Positions 10,801 through 19,759 of a DNA stretch of 64,000 bases are shown here, piece by piece. The notes under the pieces are model-generated. The model was not told the DNA's origin. It searched no databases and was given only the letters and a program-made list of their open reading frames with translations. The DNA is from a virus. Location: IMG/VR virus record IMGVR_UViG_3300045988_095776, positions 15,135 through 79,134 of that record. The stretch is one strand, 5' to 3'. How positions within the stretch are numbered: the stretch's first letter is position 1; every line of letters starts with the position of its first letter. Both the position numbers and the translations under genes were made by a program.

Positions 10801-12729
10801 AAATCCTCATACACATGGATGAAATACGCAACCAGAGCGGACGGACTTGACCTGTCAGATTCGCCTGATTATGTGCCACTTCTGGACAGCGCAGGGGCAT
10901 TTGTTCTTGATTCGAACGGAAACAAGATATTCACGGCAACACAGGCAACTTACATCGGTATTGCTACGAATAAGGATACACCGACAGAAAGTGAAGACCC
11001 GTCAGATTATATCTGGTCAAGATTCAGGGGTGTTGATGGATATGACGGAAAAGATGGTGCACAGGGCATTCCGGGAAAAGATGGAGTCGATGGAAAAACT
11101 CAGTATACACATCTTGCGTATGCGAATAGTGCTGATGGAAAGACCGATTTCTCTGTAGATGATCCAAACCGTGAGTACATCGGAATGTATGTAGACTTCG
11201 CAGAAGAAGACAGCACAAACCCCGAGGACTATGCGTGGTCACTCATCAAAGGTGCAAATGGAGCACAAGGGGTACCCGGAACTCCGGGCAAAGATGGAAA
11301 GACGCCATACCTCCATATAGCCTATGCCAATTCCGCTGATGGAAAGACAGATTTCTCTGTAGACAATAGCGTAGATAAACAGTACATTGGTCAATACACG
11401 GATTACACAGAAGAAGACAGCACGAACCCGGCTGATTACAGCTGGACAAAAATAAAAGGAGAGCAGGGAAATCCGGGACGCACATATTTTATCGAACTTT
11501 CTTGCAGCACTTTAAAAAGAAATCCTGATGATTTAAGTGTAACACCGTCTTCTGTGACAGCTTATGCATATTATCGAGACGGAAACGGAGAGAAAATAGC
11601 ATATGCAGGAAGGTGGAGGATTCAATATTCATTAGACGGCAACAGTTGGACCAATATGGGAAGCGCCGCAGAAGCAAAATCAGTTGCAAAGGTGTTTTAC
11701 TCAACAGACAAATTTAATTTTGTACAATTTGTATTGTACAGAAGCGGCGGCTATACAGAAGTTTTAGATACGCAAAGCATTTCGGTACTAACCGACGTTT
11801 CTGAATTGACGCAGGAACAGATTGTAAAAATTCTTTCAGCCGATGGCGCATGGAAAGGGTTGTATTACGATAATGGACATTTGTACATCAGCTTCGATGC
11901 GGCATTAGGTGGAACACTGATGCTCGGTGGCAAAAACAATGGGAACGGAAAACTCAGCATATTTGATGCCGATGGAAATGAAGTTGGACACATTGACAAT
12001 ACAGGTGTTAATTTCACCACGGGAACATTCTCAGGGAAACTCGAAGCCGCGTCAGGAACGTTCAAAGGAGACATCACCGGAGCATCGGGAACATTCTCAG
12101 GGAAACTCAGCTCCAAATCCGGAAGTCTTGCCGGATGGACGATTAAAGATGATTACATCGAATCAGCTGACGGTGGAATCAAAATTCGGTCAGATGGACA
12201 TATCCAAATTGGTAATGTTGTGCTTAATCAGGCGTCTGATTTGAAATCGTTACAGGTCAAATACGGTATGCAGGTTCATGCGCGAAGAGGTGTGGGAGAA
12301 TTCACAGATGGTTCGGGCGAATTTAAGCTAATTGGCATCGGCAGCACATCCGCGAATTATAACAATCTCTGCATTGCAAGTAATATCGTATCAAAGGTTT
12401 CGTCATCCTCAAAAAGGTACAAAAACCACGTTCGGGACATGAGTATTGAAGAAGCCGAAAAACTTTTGGATGTTCCGGTTGTGTGGTTCAAGTACAAGGG
12501 CGGATATCTGATGCCGGGTGATCGATTCGAGGGAAAACCACTTCCGGGATTCTACGCAGAAGATGTATACGATGCATTCCCGGAGGGCGCAATGCTCAAC
12601 GAAGACGGGCAGGTAGAGGACTGGAATTACAGAACCATGATACCGGCAATGATGAAACTGATACAGAATCAGCAGGAAACTATTAACAACCTCACTGAGA
12701 GGATAGAAAAATTAGAAAAGGAGATATGA
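7816..12729 (+). CDS. tail-associated lysin-like / tail fibre protein with collagen-like repeats and C-terminal intramolecular chaperone
   Basis: - 1637 aa with a Tal-like N-terminus.
- G-X-Y runs.
- Five repeats of about 57-80 aa (DGKTxYLHIAYANSADGKTDFS...YxWxxIKG).
- C-terminus SSSKRYKN...VVWFKYK...YRTMIPAMMKLIQ resembles a peptidase S74 autocleaving chaperone. Confidence 0.85.
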   Translation: MRNLSSRWKEKVKNGMDVHYLKYADITLTDGTVLNLTNADLWQNGMTFEDSVSGDSSFDIGSAIINVLTLSINNFEGQYFDYDFEGAEVICYVGLQIEDEDTSELLDSAGEQILDSTGDTIIVHKNTVIEKTRICTATVVEQPEDETVTIDLTCEDNMRKFDRNYSDSKLKYPATRGQIIRDACEVCGVALQTYHFDHDDYIVQTRPSDDALTFRQVLQWVAQIGCQWLRCDEYGRLCVKWYDTEKADAQEIDTTYSFTPQHTDVVITGIQVTEYSDSSDEEPESYMAGTQGYVLAISDNKLIRKGDGQTVASMIAEKCVGMSFRPFESECPTDVALEAGDAITIEDRNGYLYSTYLTTTTLQPGAGQNIACNAKSTAKNSSTRYSQITQVYVTARKMVKVEKTAREKALEEFGKRIDSATGVYTTVQKQADGSDIFYLHDKPTLAESKAIWKMTSEAWGVSTDGGQTWNGGMTVDGDTIVRILNAVGVNADWINAGAITVKDANGNILFQVDMDTKKVIISGDSVVIGGKTASKALSDNLQESKDYSDGKLADYANTIAESLSGLQSQIDGQIESFFYDYEPSLQNIPASQWTTTEERKKHEGDLFYWKTTGYAYRFMQDGATWKWQLIQDNDISKALATAEKAKDTADGKRRTFVVQPSPPYDIGDLWSQEGGDILTCVVSRSQGSVYVSSDWRKLNKYTDDTTANKALEAASLAKNMTLQLSNDMQTIASDADGNITTFPTVATAATVMYGTQDITDDCSFTITKSASVTGSWNDATHVYNVTGLTSDNGWVDIKATYLVNLAITKRFTISKQKQGKQGIQGVGKDGKTTYLHIRYAPVQNPTASQMTTVPDNNTVYIGTYSDFNGVPSTNPSAYTWAKFKGDQGVQGPQGEQGERGIQGLQGEKGDPGERGLQGIQGEKGEQGVPGVGIDGKTSYLHIAYANSADGKTDFSISDASGKTYIGQYTDFEVNDSTDPTKYTWSLIKGMDGKDGKSSYTWMKYATRADGLDLSDSPDYVPLLDSAGAFVLDSNGNKIFTATQATYIGIATNKDTPTESEDPSDYIWSRFRGVDGYDGKDGAQGIPGKDGVDGKTQYTHLAYANSADGKTDFSVDDPNREYIGMYVDFAEEDSTNPEDYAWSLIKGANGAQGVPGTPGKDGKTPYLHIAYANSADGKTDFSVDNSVDKQYIGQYTDYTEEDSTNPADYSWTKIKGEQGNPGRTYFIELSCSTLKRNPDDLSVTPSSVTAYAYYRDGNGEKIAYAGRWRIQYSLDGNSWTNMGSAAEAKSVAKVFYSTDKFNFVQFVLYRSGGYTEVLDTQSISVLTDVSELTQEQIVKILSADGAWKGLYYDNGHLYISFDAALGGTLMLGGKNNGNGKLSIFDADGNEVGHIDNTGVNFTTGTFSGKLEAASGTFKGDITGASGTFSGKLSSKSGSLAGWTIKDDYIESADGGIKIRSDGHIQIGNVVLNQASDLKSLQVKYGMQVHARRGVGEFTDGSGEFKLIGIGSTSANYNNLCIASNIVSKVSSSSKRYKNHVRDMSIEEAEKLLDVPVVWFKYKGGYLMPGDRFEGKPLPGFYAEDVYDAFPEGAMLNEDGQVEDWNYRTMIPAMMKLIQNQQETINNLTERIEKLEKEI
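10294..11460 (+). repeat. five tandem coding repeats inside the fibre gene
   Basis: Repeated protein units DGKT(S/T/P/Q)Y(L/T)H(I/L)(A/R)YA...Y(I/V)G.Y.DF...DS.(D/N)P..Y.W..(I/F)KG, separated by short G-X-Y linkers. Confidence 0.85.
10468..10611 (+). repeat. collagen-like G-X-Y tract (16 uninterrupted triplets)
   Basis: Encodes GDQGVQGPQGEQGERGIQGLQGEKGDPGERGLQGIQGEKGEQGVPGVG. Confidence 0.9.
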
Positions 12730-13250
12730 TTATGGGACTTTGGACAGATTACACAAAAAAAGACACACCGGAGGATAATGACACATTGATGCTTTACGAC
12801 GCGGCAGGAAAGGCGAACAAGCAGACACTTTTCAGTGGCTTTTGGAAGTGGGTGGCGAAGAAGCTGAAAGAAGCAACACTGTCGGATTTAGAGACCACGA
12901 ACAAGACTATGATTGGAGCTATTAATGAATTAAATAGTAATATGACATCAAAAACATACGATGGAAAAAACTATTCTTCTCAATTTTGTCGGATGTACGT
13001 AAGTAAAAATCTAGGTATAGGAAAACCCTCAAGCATAATTGTATTTGGCTATGAAGGAATAGGAGTTGCATTCTTTGACACCATGTATTCCACGTCCAAT
13101 CCTGCACCAAGTAGAGCAATTAATATATATGGAGAAATATTTAAAATAGAGGATAAAACAATTCTTGTTAATTTTAACACTGATAGAAATCGGCAGATAG
13201 TTATTATATCTCCGCAAGGTGTAGAAATAGAATTAGAACCTGTTGAGTAA
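12726..13250 (+). CDS. tail fibre-associated / receptor-binding candidate with an AT-rich C-terminal cassette
   Basis: 174 aa, overlapping the fibre stop (ATGA). The N-terminus ends in the TNKTMIGAINEL motif. After about 12940 the base composition drops sharply in GC. Confidence 0.45.
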   Translation: MIMGLWTDYTKKDTPEDNDTLMLYDAAGKANKQTLFSGFWKWVAKKLKEATLSDLETTNKTMIGAINELNSNMTSKTYDGKNYSSQFCRMYVSKNLGIGKPSSIIVFGYEGIGVAFFDTMYSTSNPAPSRAINIYGEIFKIEDKTILVNFNTDRNRQIVIISPQGVEIELEPVE

Positions 13251-13276
13251 CTTTTTTATTCCTCTTCCCACAGTCA

Positions 13277-14053
13277 TTGAGAACGTACAAGTGCAACCTT
13301 GACGACTTCTTCCAGACGGTCAACAAACCGCTGAATCAGATAACCACCAACGATATCCGTGTGTACCTGTTCGGGCTGTCGGCAAAAGGCAACACTAACC
13401 GGACGATTGACGGAAAGCGCCTTATCATTCACACGTTTCTGGACTGGTGCGTCAAGGAAGAGTATCTGACTAAAAATGTTTGTAGCCGAATAAATCCAAT
13501 CAAGTTTAAAGCCAAACCACGTGAGCCGTTGTCTGATATCGAATTGGAATTAGTTCGCGATGCTTGCAAGGATTATCGAGAAAAAGCCCTTGTTGAACTG
13601 TTCTACAGTACCGGATGCCGTGTTTCGGAAATGGTGATTCTGAAGAAAGCTGACATTGACTTTCGGACGAAAGAAGTTCATCTGTTCGGAAAAGGCAGTA
13701 AACACCGGATATCGTACATCAACGCCAGAGCCGAAGTTGCTCTGAAGAAATACTGGCTCAGTCGGAAAGGTGATTCTGACAGCGTGATATCCACCGGACG
13801 TCAGCCGTATCGGGGCATCACAAAGACACAAATCGAACAAATAGTCCGGCAGATTGGAGAGCGTTCCGGCATCGGTAGACACTTATATCCACATCTGATA
13901 AGGCACACAACGGCAAGCATGGCGTTTGAGCGGGGAATGAACGTCACCGACTTGCAGAAGATGCTCGGACACGAGAAACTTGACACGACTATGATTTACG
14001 CAAAAGTAGCACAGGAATCTGTACGCTACAGTCACCACAAGTATGTTTCATGA
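13277..14053 (+). CDS. tyrosine recombinase (XerC/D-phage integrase family), N-terminally short
   Basis: Catalytic region HLIRHTTAS...LGHEKLDTTMIYAKV. The frame is open only from 13247, with no ATG (TTG 13277) and no SD. Confidence 0.75.
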   Translation: MRTYKCNLDDFFQTVNKPLNQITTNDIRVYLFGLSAKGNTNRTIDGKRLIIHTFLDWCVKEEYLTKNVCSRINPIKFKAKPREPLSDIELELVRDACKDYREKALVELFYSTGCRVSEMVILKKADIDFRTKEVHLFGKGSKHRISYINARAEVALKKYWLSRKGDSDSVISTGRQPYRGITKTQIEQIVRQIGERSGIGRHLYPHLIRHTTASMAFERGMNVTDLQKMLGHEKLDTTMIYAKVAQESVRYSHHKYVS

Positions 14054-14059
14054 AAGGAG

Positions 14060-15460
14060 TTGACAGAATTGGAGATTAAAGGAATTGACGTCTCTGCCTG
14101 GCAGGGACAGATCGACTGGAAGACAGTGGCAGCCTATGGAATGGACTTTGCTATCCTTCGGATCACAGAATCCGGAAACGTAACAGACAAATATTTCGAA
14201 AGAAATTATACAGAATGCCAGAAATATAATATTCCAACAGGTGTATATAAATACTCCTATGCAATGACCATATCAGAGATCCAGAGTGAAGCCAGGAAAG
14301 TCGTATCCGTCCTGAATGGAAGAGAACTTCAGTATCCCGTATGGTTGGATCTGGAACATCATAAACAGAGAGTGCTTGGAGCAGAGAACATCCATAAGAT
14401 GACAGAAGCATTTGAAAAGATTATTACAGCAGCGGGTTATAAGTTTGGCATCTACTGTAATGTAGACTGGTACATGAACGTGATCTGCAGTCATCTGAAG
14501 AAATACGACTTCTGGATCGCACGCTATCCGGCAAATGATGATGGATGGATTCAGGAACGTCTCCGTCCGGACTTCGGCGTCGGCTGGCAGTACAGCTCCA
14601 AGGCCAAGATTCCTGGAATCAATGGAACTGTAGACCGAAGCGTATTCTATAAAGACTATAAGGAGGTTTCGACAGTGGACAAAAATATTGAAAAGCTGAT
14701 TCTTATTGCGAAAAACGAAATTGGTTATCTTGAAAAGAAATCAAACATTCAGCTTGATGATAAGACTGCAAATGCAGGTTCAAACAATTATACGAAGTAC
14801 TGGCGGGATATAAAATCATCCTATCAGGGACAGCCTTGGTGTGCAGCATTCGTGAGCTGGTGTTTCATGAAAGCATTCGGTTTGGACAAGGCTAAAAAAC
14901 TTTTAAAGCACTGGCCTTATGTATACTGTCCGACCATGAGTGAATTATTTACACTTAATTCGTACCCCAAAATTGGAGACATTGTTATCTTTTATCATAA
15001 CGGTACATTTACTCATACAGGAGTTGTTACTGCCGTGATCGGAGACAAATTTTATACCATCGAAGGAAATACCTCCGGAGCATCCGGGATCATAGCAAAT
15101 GGCGGTGGTGTCTGCGCAAAGAGCTACTATAACAGCAAGCTTCCGGGAACAAAGTTCTGTACACCAGACTATTCACTCGTCACATCTTCCACAGAGACAA
15201 CTAATACAGAAGGAGGCAGCTATATGTTCACACCAGAAACCGTAAAATCAGGAGACAAAAACACATCCGTATTATTGCTTCAGGAGATTTTAAGAGCTAG
15301 AGGATTTAAGGGAAAAACCGGAAAAGCCCTGAAACTCACCTGGAAAGCAGATGCCAACACCATCTATGCTCTCAAAGCCTACCAGGAATCCAGAAAAGAG
15401 GTTCTTGCCGTAGATGGCGTATGCGGCCCTGCGACTTGGAAAGACTTGATCGCGATTTAA
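14060..15460 (+). CDS. endolysin: GH25 muramidase + CHAP/NlpC-like + PG_binding_1
   Basis: Domain motifs:
- GIDVSAWQGQIDW (GH25).
- QPWCAAFVSW...HTGVV...EGNTS (Cys-His peptidase).
- C-terminal LLLQEILRARGF...DGVCGPATW (peptidoglycan-binding).

The start is TTG next to AAGGAG. Confidence 0.85.
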   Translation: MTELEIKGIDVSAWQGQIDWKTVAAYGMDFAILRITESGNVTDKYFERNYTECQKYNIPTGVYKYSYAMTISEIQSEARKVVSVLNGRELQYPVWLDLEHHKQRVLGAENIHKMTEAFEKIITAAGYKFGIYCNVDWYMNVICSHLKKYDFWIARYPANDDGWIQERLRPDFGVGWQYSSKAKIPGINGTVDRSVFYKDYKEVSTVDKNIEKLILIAKNEIGYLEKKSNIQLDDKTANAGSNNYTKYWRDIKSSYQGQPWCAAFVSWCFMKAFGLDKAKKLLKHWPYVYCPTMSELFTLNSYPKIGDIVIFYHNGTFTHTGVVTAVIGDKFYTIEGNTSGASGIIANGGGVCAKSYYNSKLPGTKFCTPDYSLVTSSTETTNTEGGSYMFTPETVKSGDKNTSVLLLQEILRARGFKGKTGKALKLTWKADANTIYALKAYQESRKEVLAVDGVCGPATWKDLIAI

Positions 15461-15552
15461 ATTCAAAGTGGTACTTGATATATAACGAATAGAATGATAT
15501 AATAAACATGTTCAGTGAATCCTTATTTCTTAAAAGTTTTCAATTCCTCGAA

Positions 15553-15584
15553 AAGACCGCCAGTCTCACATCGCTGGCGGTCTT
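15553..15584. terminator. bidirectional hairpin terminator between the lysin and the convergent LytTR gene
   Basis: AAGACCGCCAG-N10-CTGGCGGTCTT, flanked by A and T runs. Confidence 0.6.
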
Positions 15585-15591
15585 TGTAATA

Positions 15592-16296
15592 TCAATTTAT
15601 ATAATTTTCGTATTTATCCTTGATTTCGTTGTGGTTCCGGCGGCGTATCTGGACAATATCGCCAGATTCCATGATGAAGTTCTCGTTCACGGACTGAATG
15701 TGATCCATGTTAACCAAATAACTCTGATGGCATCGCAAAAATCTTTTATCACACAATTCTTCTTCAATATCATCAAGCTTTCCAAGTGTTACAAAGCACT
15801 GGTTATCGGTCGTGTAGATATGGCATGAACGGCCTTTACTCTCAACATATTCAATCTGTCTGTATTCCAACCGATGTAATTCTCCGTGCGTTTTGAATGT
15901 CAGAACCTCATCCCTCATATGTGACAGAATCTCGTTGATTGCGCTGTACATCCTGCCATATTCCTTGCCTTTGATGGCATATTGCACCGCACCAACATCG
16001 AATGCTTCCCGGAAATGCTCCTTGTCGGATGTCCAGAAAATGATATTTCCCTTATATCCTGCATCCCGGAGCCGGTGCGCAATTTCCAGACCATTTTCCT
16101 TTTCTAAGATCATGTCAAGGACAATTATATCAAACCACATACCGTCCTTAACATCGTCAATCAACGGGTTACCTCTGCGGTAGTCTTTGATTTCGTACCG
16201 CCAGTCGCCTTTGCGCTTCAGAAAGCCTGCGACTCTTTCTTTGAAAATCTCAATATCCAGTTCGTCATCATCACAAATAGCTATCCTCATACGCAA
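15592..16296 (-). CDS. orphan LytTR-family response regulator
   Basis: Receiver domain (ICDDD, IIVLDM, FWTS) plus a C-terminal LytTR domain (RCHQSYLVNMDHI). No kinase gene is nearby. Confidence 0.85.
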   Translation of the reverse strand: MRMRIAICDDDELDIEIFKERVAGFLKRKGDWRYEIKDYRRGNPLIDDVKDGMWFDIIVLDMILEKENGLEIAHRLRDAGYKGNIIFWTSDKEHFREAFDVGAVQYAIKGKEYGRMYSAINEILSHMRDEVLTFKTHGELHRLEYRQIEYVESKGRSCHIYTTDNQCFVTLGKLDDIEEELCDKRFLRCHQSYLVNMDHIQSVNENFIMESGDIVQIRRRNHNEIKDKYENYIN

Positions 16297-16535
16297 TTCC
16301 TCCTTTCAAATTCTCAATTTTGTCAAAAATTTCCGCGTTTTTGACAATACACACAATTTTCCTGTGAGTTGTGATAGTATTCTATACAACATCACAAATA
16401 TATTTTAGCACGGCACTTTTATAGTGTAAAGTGTTGAGGAATGAATAAAAACTAAAAAAATCGACAAATTGATGAATACAGGGTTTCTGGAATCCCGGAA
16501 TCGGGAGGATGTGTGTATAGAAACCGCCTACGGGC

Positions 16536-16574
16536 AAAAAGAAAAGGAAGGGGACGTTAATCTCCTTCCTTTTC
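16536..16574 (-). terminator. rho-independent terminator of the Big_2 gene
   Basis: GAAAAGGAAGG / CCTTCCTTTTC stem, followed by a T-run on the minus strand. Confidence 0.6.
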
Positions 16575-16588
16575 CTGACTTTGAATAA

Positions 16589-17764
16589 TTATTTTACAGA
16601 AACCTTTACTTTCTTTTTTGCATTTCCTGATTTTATCGTAATATAAGCAGTACCTTTCTTTAGGCCTGTGACAGTTCCATTTTTACTTACGATAGCAACT
16701 TTCTTATTAGAGGTAGAAAATGATATATTACTTTGCGAAGTAAATGGAGTTTTAGATACTTTGATTTTATAAGCCTTTCCTTTCGAAATACTGATTTTAT
16801 CTTTCTTAACGGTTAAATCCGTCGTAGAAACAGATGAATTTTGCACTTTAACATTTATATTTATAGTTTTGCCACTTGCTAATTTAACTTGAATTGTGGT
16901 TTTTCCAGTGATTTTTAATGCGGCAATCTTAAATGTTCCGTTCGGCTTGACATTTGTGATTTTTATAATCTTTTTATTTTTGACTGCGACATCAGCTAAA
17001 TAATCTCCATTTGCCATTCCAACGATTTTTACTGAAGATGTTGTCTGACCCTTTTTTAGAGTAACATTTTTGTGATTTGCTGTTCCAGTAGGAGTTAAAA
17101 CATCATTTCCCTCGGCTTTTATTCTCGATCCACAGCGGGAACATTTTGTTTGCTTTACAGACGGTTCGAATACAGTTGCCTTTTGAATAAGCTTCCAGTC
17201 AGACCATTTGTGCCCTAATGCAGGACTCAATGTTTCACCACAGTCTAAGCATTTTGAAGAGCTAGTGCAAGTTGCTTTTGTGCGATTTTTGTGTTCGCAT
17301 TTAAGATATATGAGCGGCGGGTCAATCCATGCGTATTTTGCATCGGTAACAACGGATTTAGAGGTTGCATCTCCGTAGTTGTAAAATCTTCCGTGATCAA
17401 AAACCTGAATGGTTCCGTCACTTAAAGAGTTTGAAGCCCTTTTGACAAGCACATTTCCTTCATAGTAATTTAAACAAATGATATCTCCATGTACGTTTAC
17501 AGTTCCGTGATTCTTGAACGTCCCCAGAACATACAGATTTCCTTTAATTGTCAGTTTTCCATAAAATGTATATTCAGCATTTCTGCCAACATACATATCC
17601 TTGTCAACTGTCTGGTAGCTATATGTTTGCATAGTTTTTCCGACTACGTAATCCCCGTCATCAGTAACTCCAATTTGAATTGGTGAAAGATTTGCGGCAG
17701 ATACTGGGATTACAGAGATTAATGATAAAACCAGTGATAATAACAATGCTTTAAATTTCTTCAT
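16589..17764 (-). CDS. secreted protein with Cys-rich middle and two Big_2-like Ig domains (moron)
   Basis: Signal peptide MKKFKALLLSLVLSLISVIPVSA. C-terminal repeats resemble KKVAIVSKNGTVTGLKKGTAYITI. Confidence 0.7.
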   Translation of the reverse strand: MKKFKALLLSLVLSLISVIPVSAANLSPIQIGVTDDGDYVVGKTMQTYSYQTVDKDMYVGRNAEYTFYGKLTIKGNLYVLGTFKNHGTVNVHGDIICLNYYEGNVLVKRASNSLSDGTIQVFDHGRFYNYGDATSKSVVTDAKYAWIDPPLIYLKCEHKNRTKATCTSSSKCLDCGETLSPALGHKWSDWKLIQKATVFEPSVKQTKCSRCGSRIKAEGNDVLTPTGTANHKNVTLKKGQTTSSVKIVGMANGDYLADVAVKNKKIIKITNVKPNGTFKIAALKITGKTTIQVKLASGKTININVKVQNSSVSTTDLTVKKDKISISKGKAYKIKVSKTPFTSQSNISFSTSNKKVAIVSKNGTVTGLKKGTAYITIKSGNAKKKVKVSVK

Positions 17765-17830
17765 ACTCGTTTCCTCCTTGTATAATTTTTACATATTATA
17801 CCGCTTCTTACGAGAAAATCATAGTAGAAA

Positions 17831-18253
17831 ATGATATTTTTTACATTTTTCCTGCCATTTATACCAAAATCCGCATTACACGGTGAAATATGCTATTATT
17901 ATGTGCATCATTTAAAGGGAAGAATTGGTTTTATGAGTAGAAAAAGAAGGATATTTATAGCACTTGTATTGGCGTTCTGTCAGTTATTCTGCGTACTGCA
18001 TATTCCGTTCAAGGTTGTGCCGGATAGTCAGAAAGACGTACAAATTAGCAATACGGTACACCATATGCAGTGTATGCAGAATCACCAGAACCTATACGGA
18101 GATCAAAAAGTTTACAATGCTGCATATTTTATTTGCGAGAGCATAACAATATTTGAAATCGCAAAGTTTATATTCGAGAACACAAAAGCCCATGTGTATA
18201 TTTGGCAGTTGCCAAGAGGGAACATAGGTGGTATAATAGCGAAAACGAACTAA
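17831..18253 (+). CDS. hypothetical (weak)
   Basis: 140-aa ORF with poor RBS context. It may start at the internal MSRKRR with a TM segment. Confidence 0.25.
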   Translation: MIFFTFFLPFIPKSALHGEICYYYVHHLKGRIGFMSRKRRIFIALVLAFCQLFCVLHIPFKVVPDSQKDVQISNTVHHMQCMQNHQNLYGDQKVYNAAYFICESITIFEIAKFIFENTKAHVYIWQLPRGNIGGIIAKTN

Positions 18254-18322
18254 TGTTCGGTTCTATTTCCCACGGCCGGACATATACTGTTGTCAGAAAA
18301 CCGCTGATCGGAGGTATGCTTT

Positions 18323-18442
18323 ATGGATTATAAGAAGGAAATTATAAAAATAATAGATGAAATTGAAAGTCAAAAGATTTTACGTTATATTTATATTATC
18401 GTAGCTGATATTTACAATGATTTACGGAGGCAGGACATATGA
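18323..18442 (+). CDS. small hypothetical protein (39 aa)
   Basis: ATG preceded by GGAGG. Stop overlaps the next start. Confidence 0.3.
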   Translation: MDYKKEIIKIIDEIESQKILRYIYIIVADIYNDLRRQDI

Positions 18443-18630
18443 GCAAAGATTTATTATATTCCGAAGAAGAGCAAAAGAAAATAATCGCAAAAATGGAAGA
18501 TCCATCAAATAAAACGGGTCTTCCACCGGCATCGCTTATATACGCATTAATCGACATGATTGGAGTTCAGACAAATATGATTCAATCATTGCAGGAATCT
18601 ATTCAACGGTTGGAGGCAAAAATCCAATAG
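18439..18630 (+). CDS. hypothetical protein
   Basis: 63 aa with a GGAGG RBS. Confidence 0.4.
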   Translation: MSKDLLYSEEEQKKIIAKMEDPSNKTGLPPASLIYALIDMIGVQTNMIQSLQESIQRLEAKIQ

Positions 18631-19000
18631 GTCTTTTTGGACGATCATTTTCTTTCGGAACTGACGTGAGTAAAAAGTTCAGCTGACTAATGTGCTGAAT
18701 AAGTGTTGACATCTTTCCGTTAACATATCCTTTAAAAATCATAAGTACGGACTTCTCGTATCCGATTTCAGTAACATGCATAGTAACTGAATGACCAAAA
18801 TTGGTAAGTAGAAGTCCTACTTCATGTTCAGAGTCAAGCCCAGATTCAAAATCCTTGATATATTTGCAGAGAATCTCGAACTGAGTATCCGAATATGAAT
18901 ATGTCAATGGAACTGGCTCAATATTGTCAAGTTGTTCTGAAACTATTTTATTAATTGCATTGAAATCGAAATTATTATACATAACATCTACCTCACTCAC
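18599..19000 (-). CDS. hypothetical protein co-transcribed with the repressor
   Basis: 133 aa; its start overlaps the end of the repressor gene. Confidence 0.5.
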   Translation of the reverse strand: MSEVDVMYNNFDFNAINKIVSEQLDNIEPVPLTYSYSDTQFEILCKYIKDFESGLDSEHEVGLLLTNFGHSVTMHVTEIGYEKSVLMIFKGYVNGKMSTLIQHISQLNFLLTSVPKENDRPKRPIGFLPPTVE

Positions 19001-19337
19001 TTAAAAGATTAATCAATTCAATAACGTGTTTCTTTTTGGCATCGGACAGCCCGAAGTATTTCTTTAATGCATCGGACAGTTCGGTGTCTTTTCTTATTTG
19101 CGCGATCAAATGTGCAGACTCATCGGAAAAATCTTCCTCCGGCTCTTTCCCTGTCATCAGATAATCTACAGATACATTGAAGAAATCTGCGATTTTTTGG
19201 AGTTTATCTTGTTTTGGAGTATACTTTCCCTTTTTCCAACTGGTTAATGTGGCAGTAGAAATATCAGTTCCTCTTGAAACCTGACTGGGAGTTACTTCTC
19301 TTTCTTTGCATAATCGTTCAAAGTTCTCATAATACAT
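18993..19337 (-). CDS. CI-like repressor (XRE HTH)
   Basis: HTH VTPSQVSRGTDISTATLTSWKKGK. Divergent from the Cro-like gene across an operator-rich region. Confidence 0.8.
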   Translation of the reverse strand: MYYENFERLCKEREVTPSQVSRGTDISTATLTSWKKGKYTPKQDKLQKIADFFNVSVDYLMTGKEPEEDFSDESAHLIAQIRKDTELSDALKKYFGLSDAKKKHVIELINLLSE

Positions 19338-19354
19338 GGATTTTCTCCTTTGTG

Positions 19355-19510
19355 AAAAGAACTAAGAAATCTTAATTTAATTATTGACATACTAAGAAAA
19401 CTGTGCTATTCTTTAGAAGAACTAAGAAACCTTAGAAATATCGCAGTAAAAAATTAAGAAATCTATATAATTGTTTGTTGGTAGCTTCATTATATAAGAA
19501 ATCTTAGTTA
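19355..19510. promoter_or_regulatory. immunity switch region with five CTAAGAAAnCTTAG-type operators and divergent promoters
   Basis: Operator-like sites at 19362-19375, 19392-19400, 19422-19435 (perfect arms CTAAG/CTTAG), 19454-19465 and 19495-19507. TTGACA at 19384-19389. Confidence 0.55.
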
Positions 19511-19532
19511 CTGTCAAGAAAGGAGTGAGAAT

Positions 19533-19748
19533 TTGTTTAACTATATGGTTTTCGAAAAACTTTGCAAGGATGCAGGAGAAACTACTTATCAGGTTTGCAA
19601 AGATACGGGGATTAAATCTTCTACAATCGCTAATTGGAAAAAACATTCAGAAACAAATGGAAAAAATGGATATGTTCCAAAAGCGGATAAGATTCTGTTA
19701 ATCGCAAATCATTTTAATGTTCCTTTGGAAAAATTTATAGAGCCATAG
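19533..19748 (+). CDS. Cro-like XRE HTH regulator
   Basis: TTG start 7 nt after GGAG. HTH TTYQVCKDTGIKSSTIANWKK. Confidence 0.7.
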   Translation: MFNYMVFEKLCKDAGETTYQVCKDTGIKSSTIANWKKHSETNGKNGYVPKADKILLIANHFNVPLEKFIEP

Positions 19749-19759
19749 AAAGGAGAAGT

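Noticed and set aside
15508-15828. 106-aa + strand ORF
   Set aside because: It is antisense to the well-supported LytTR gene and spans the terminator.
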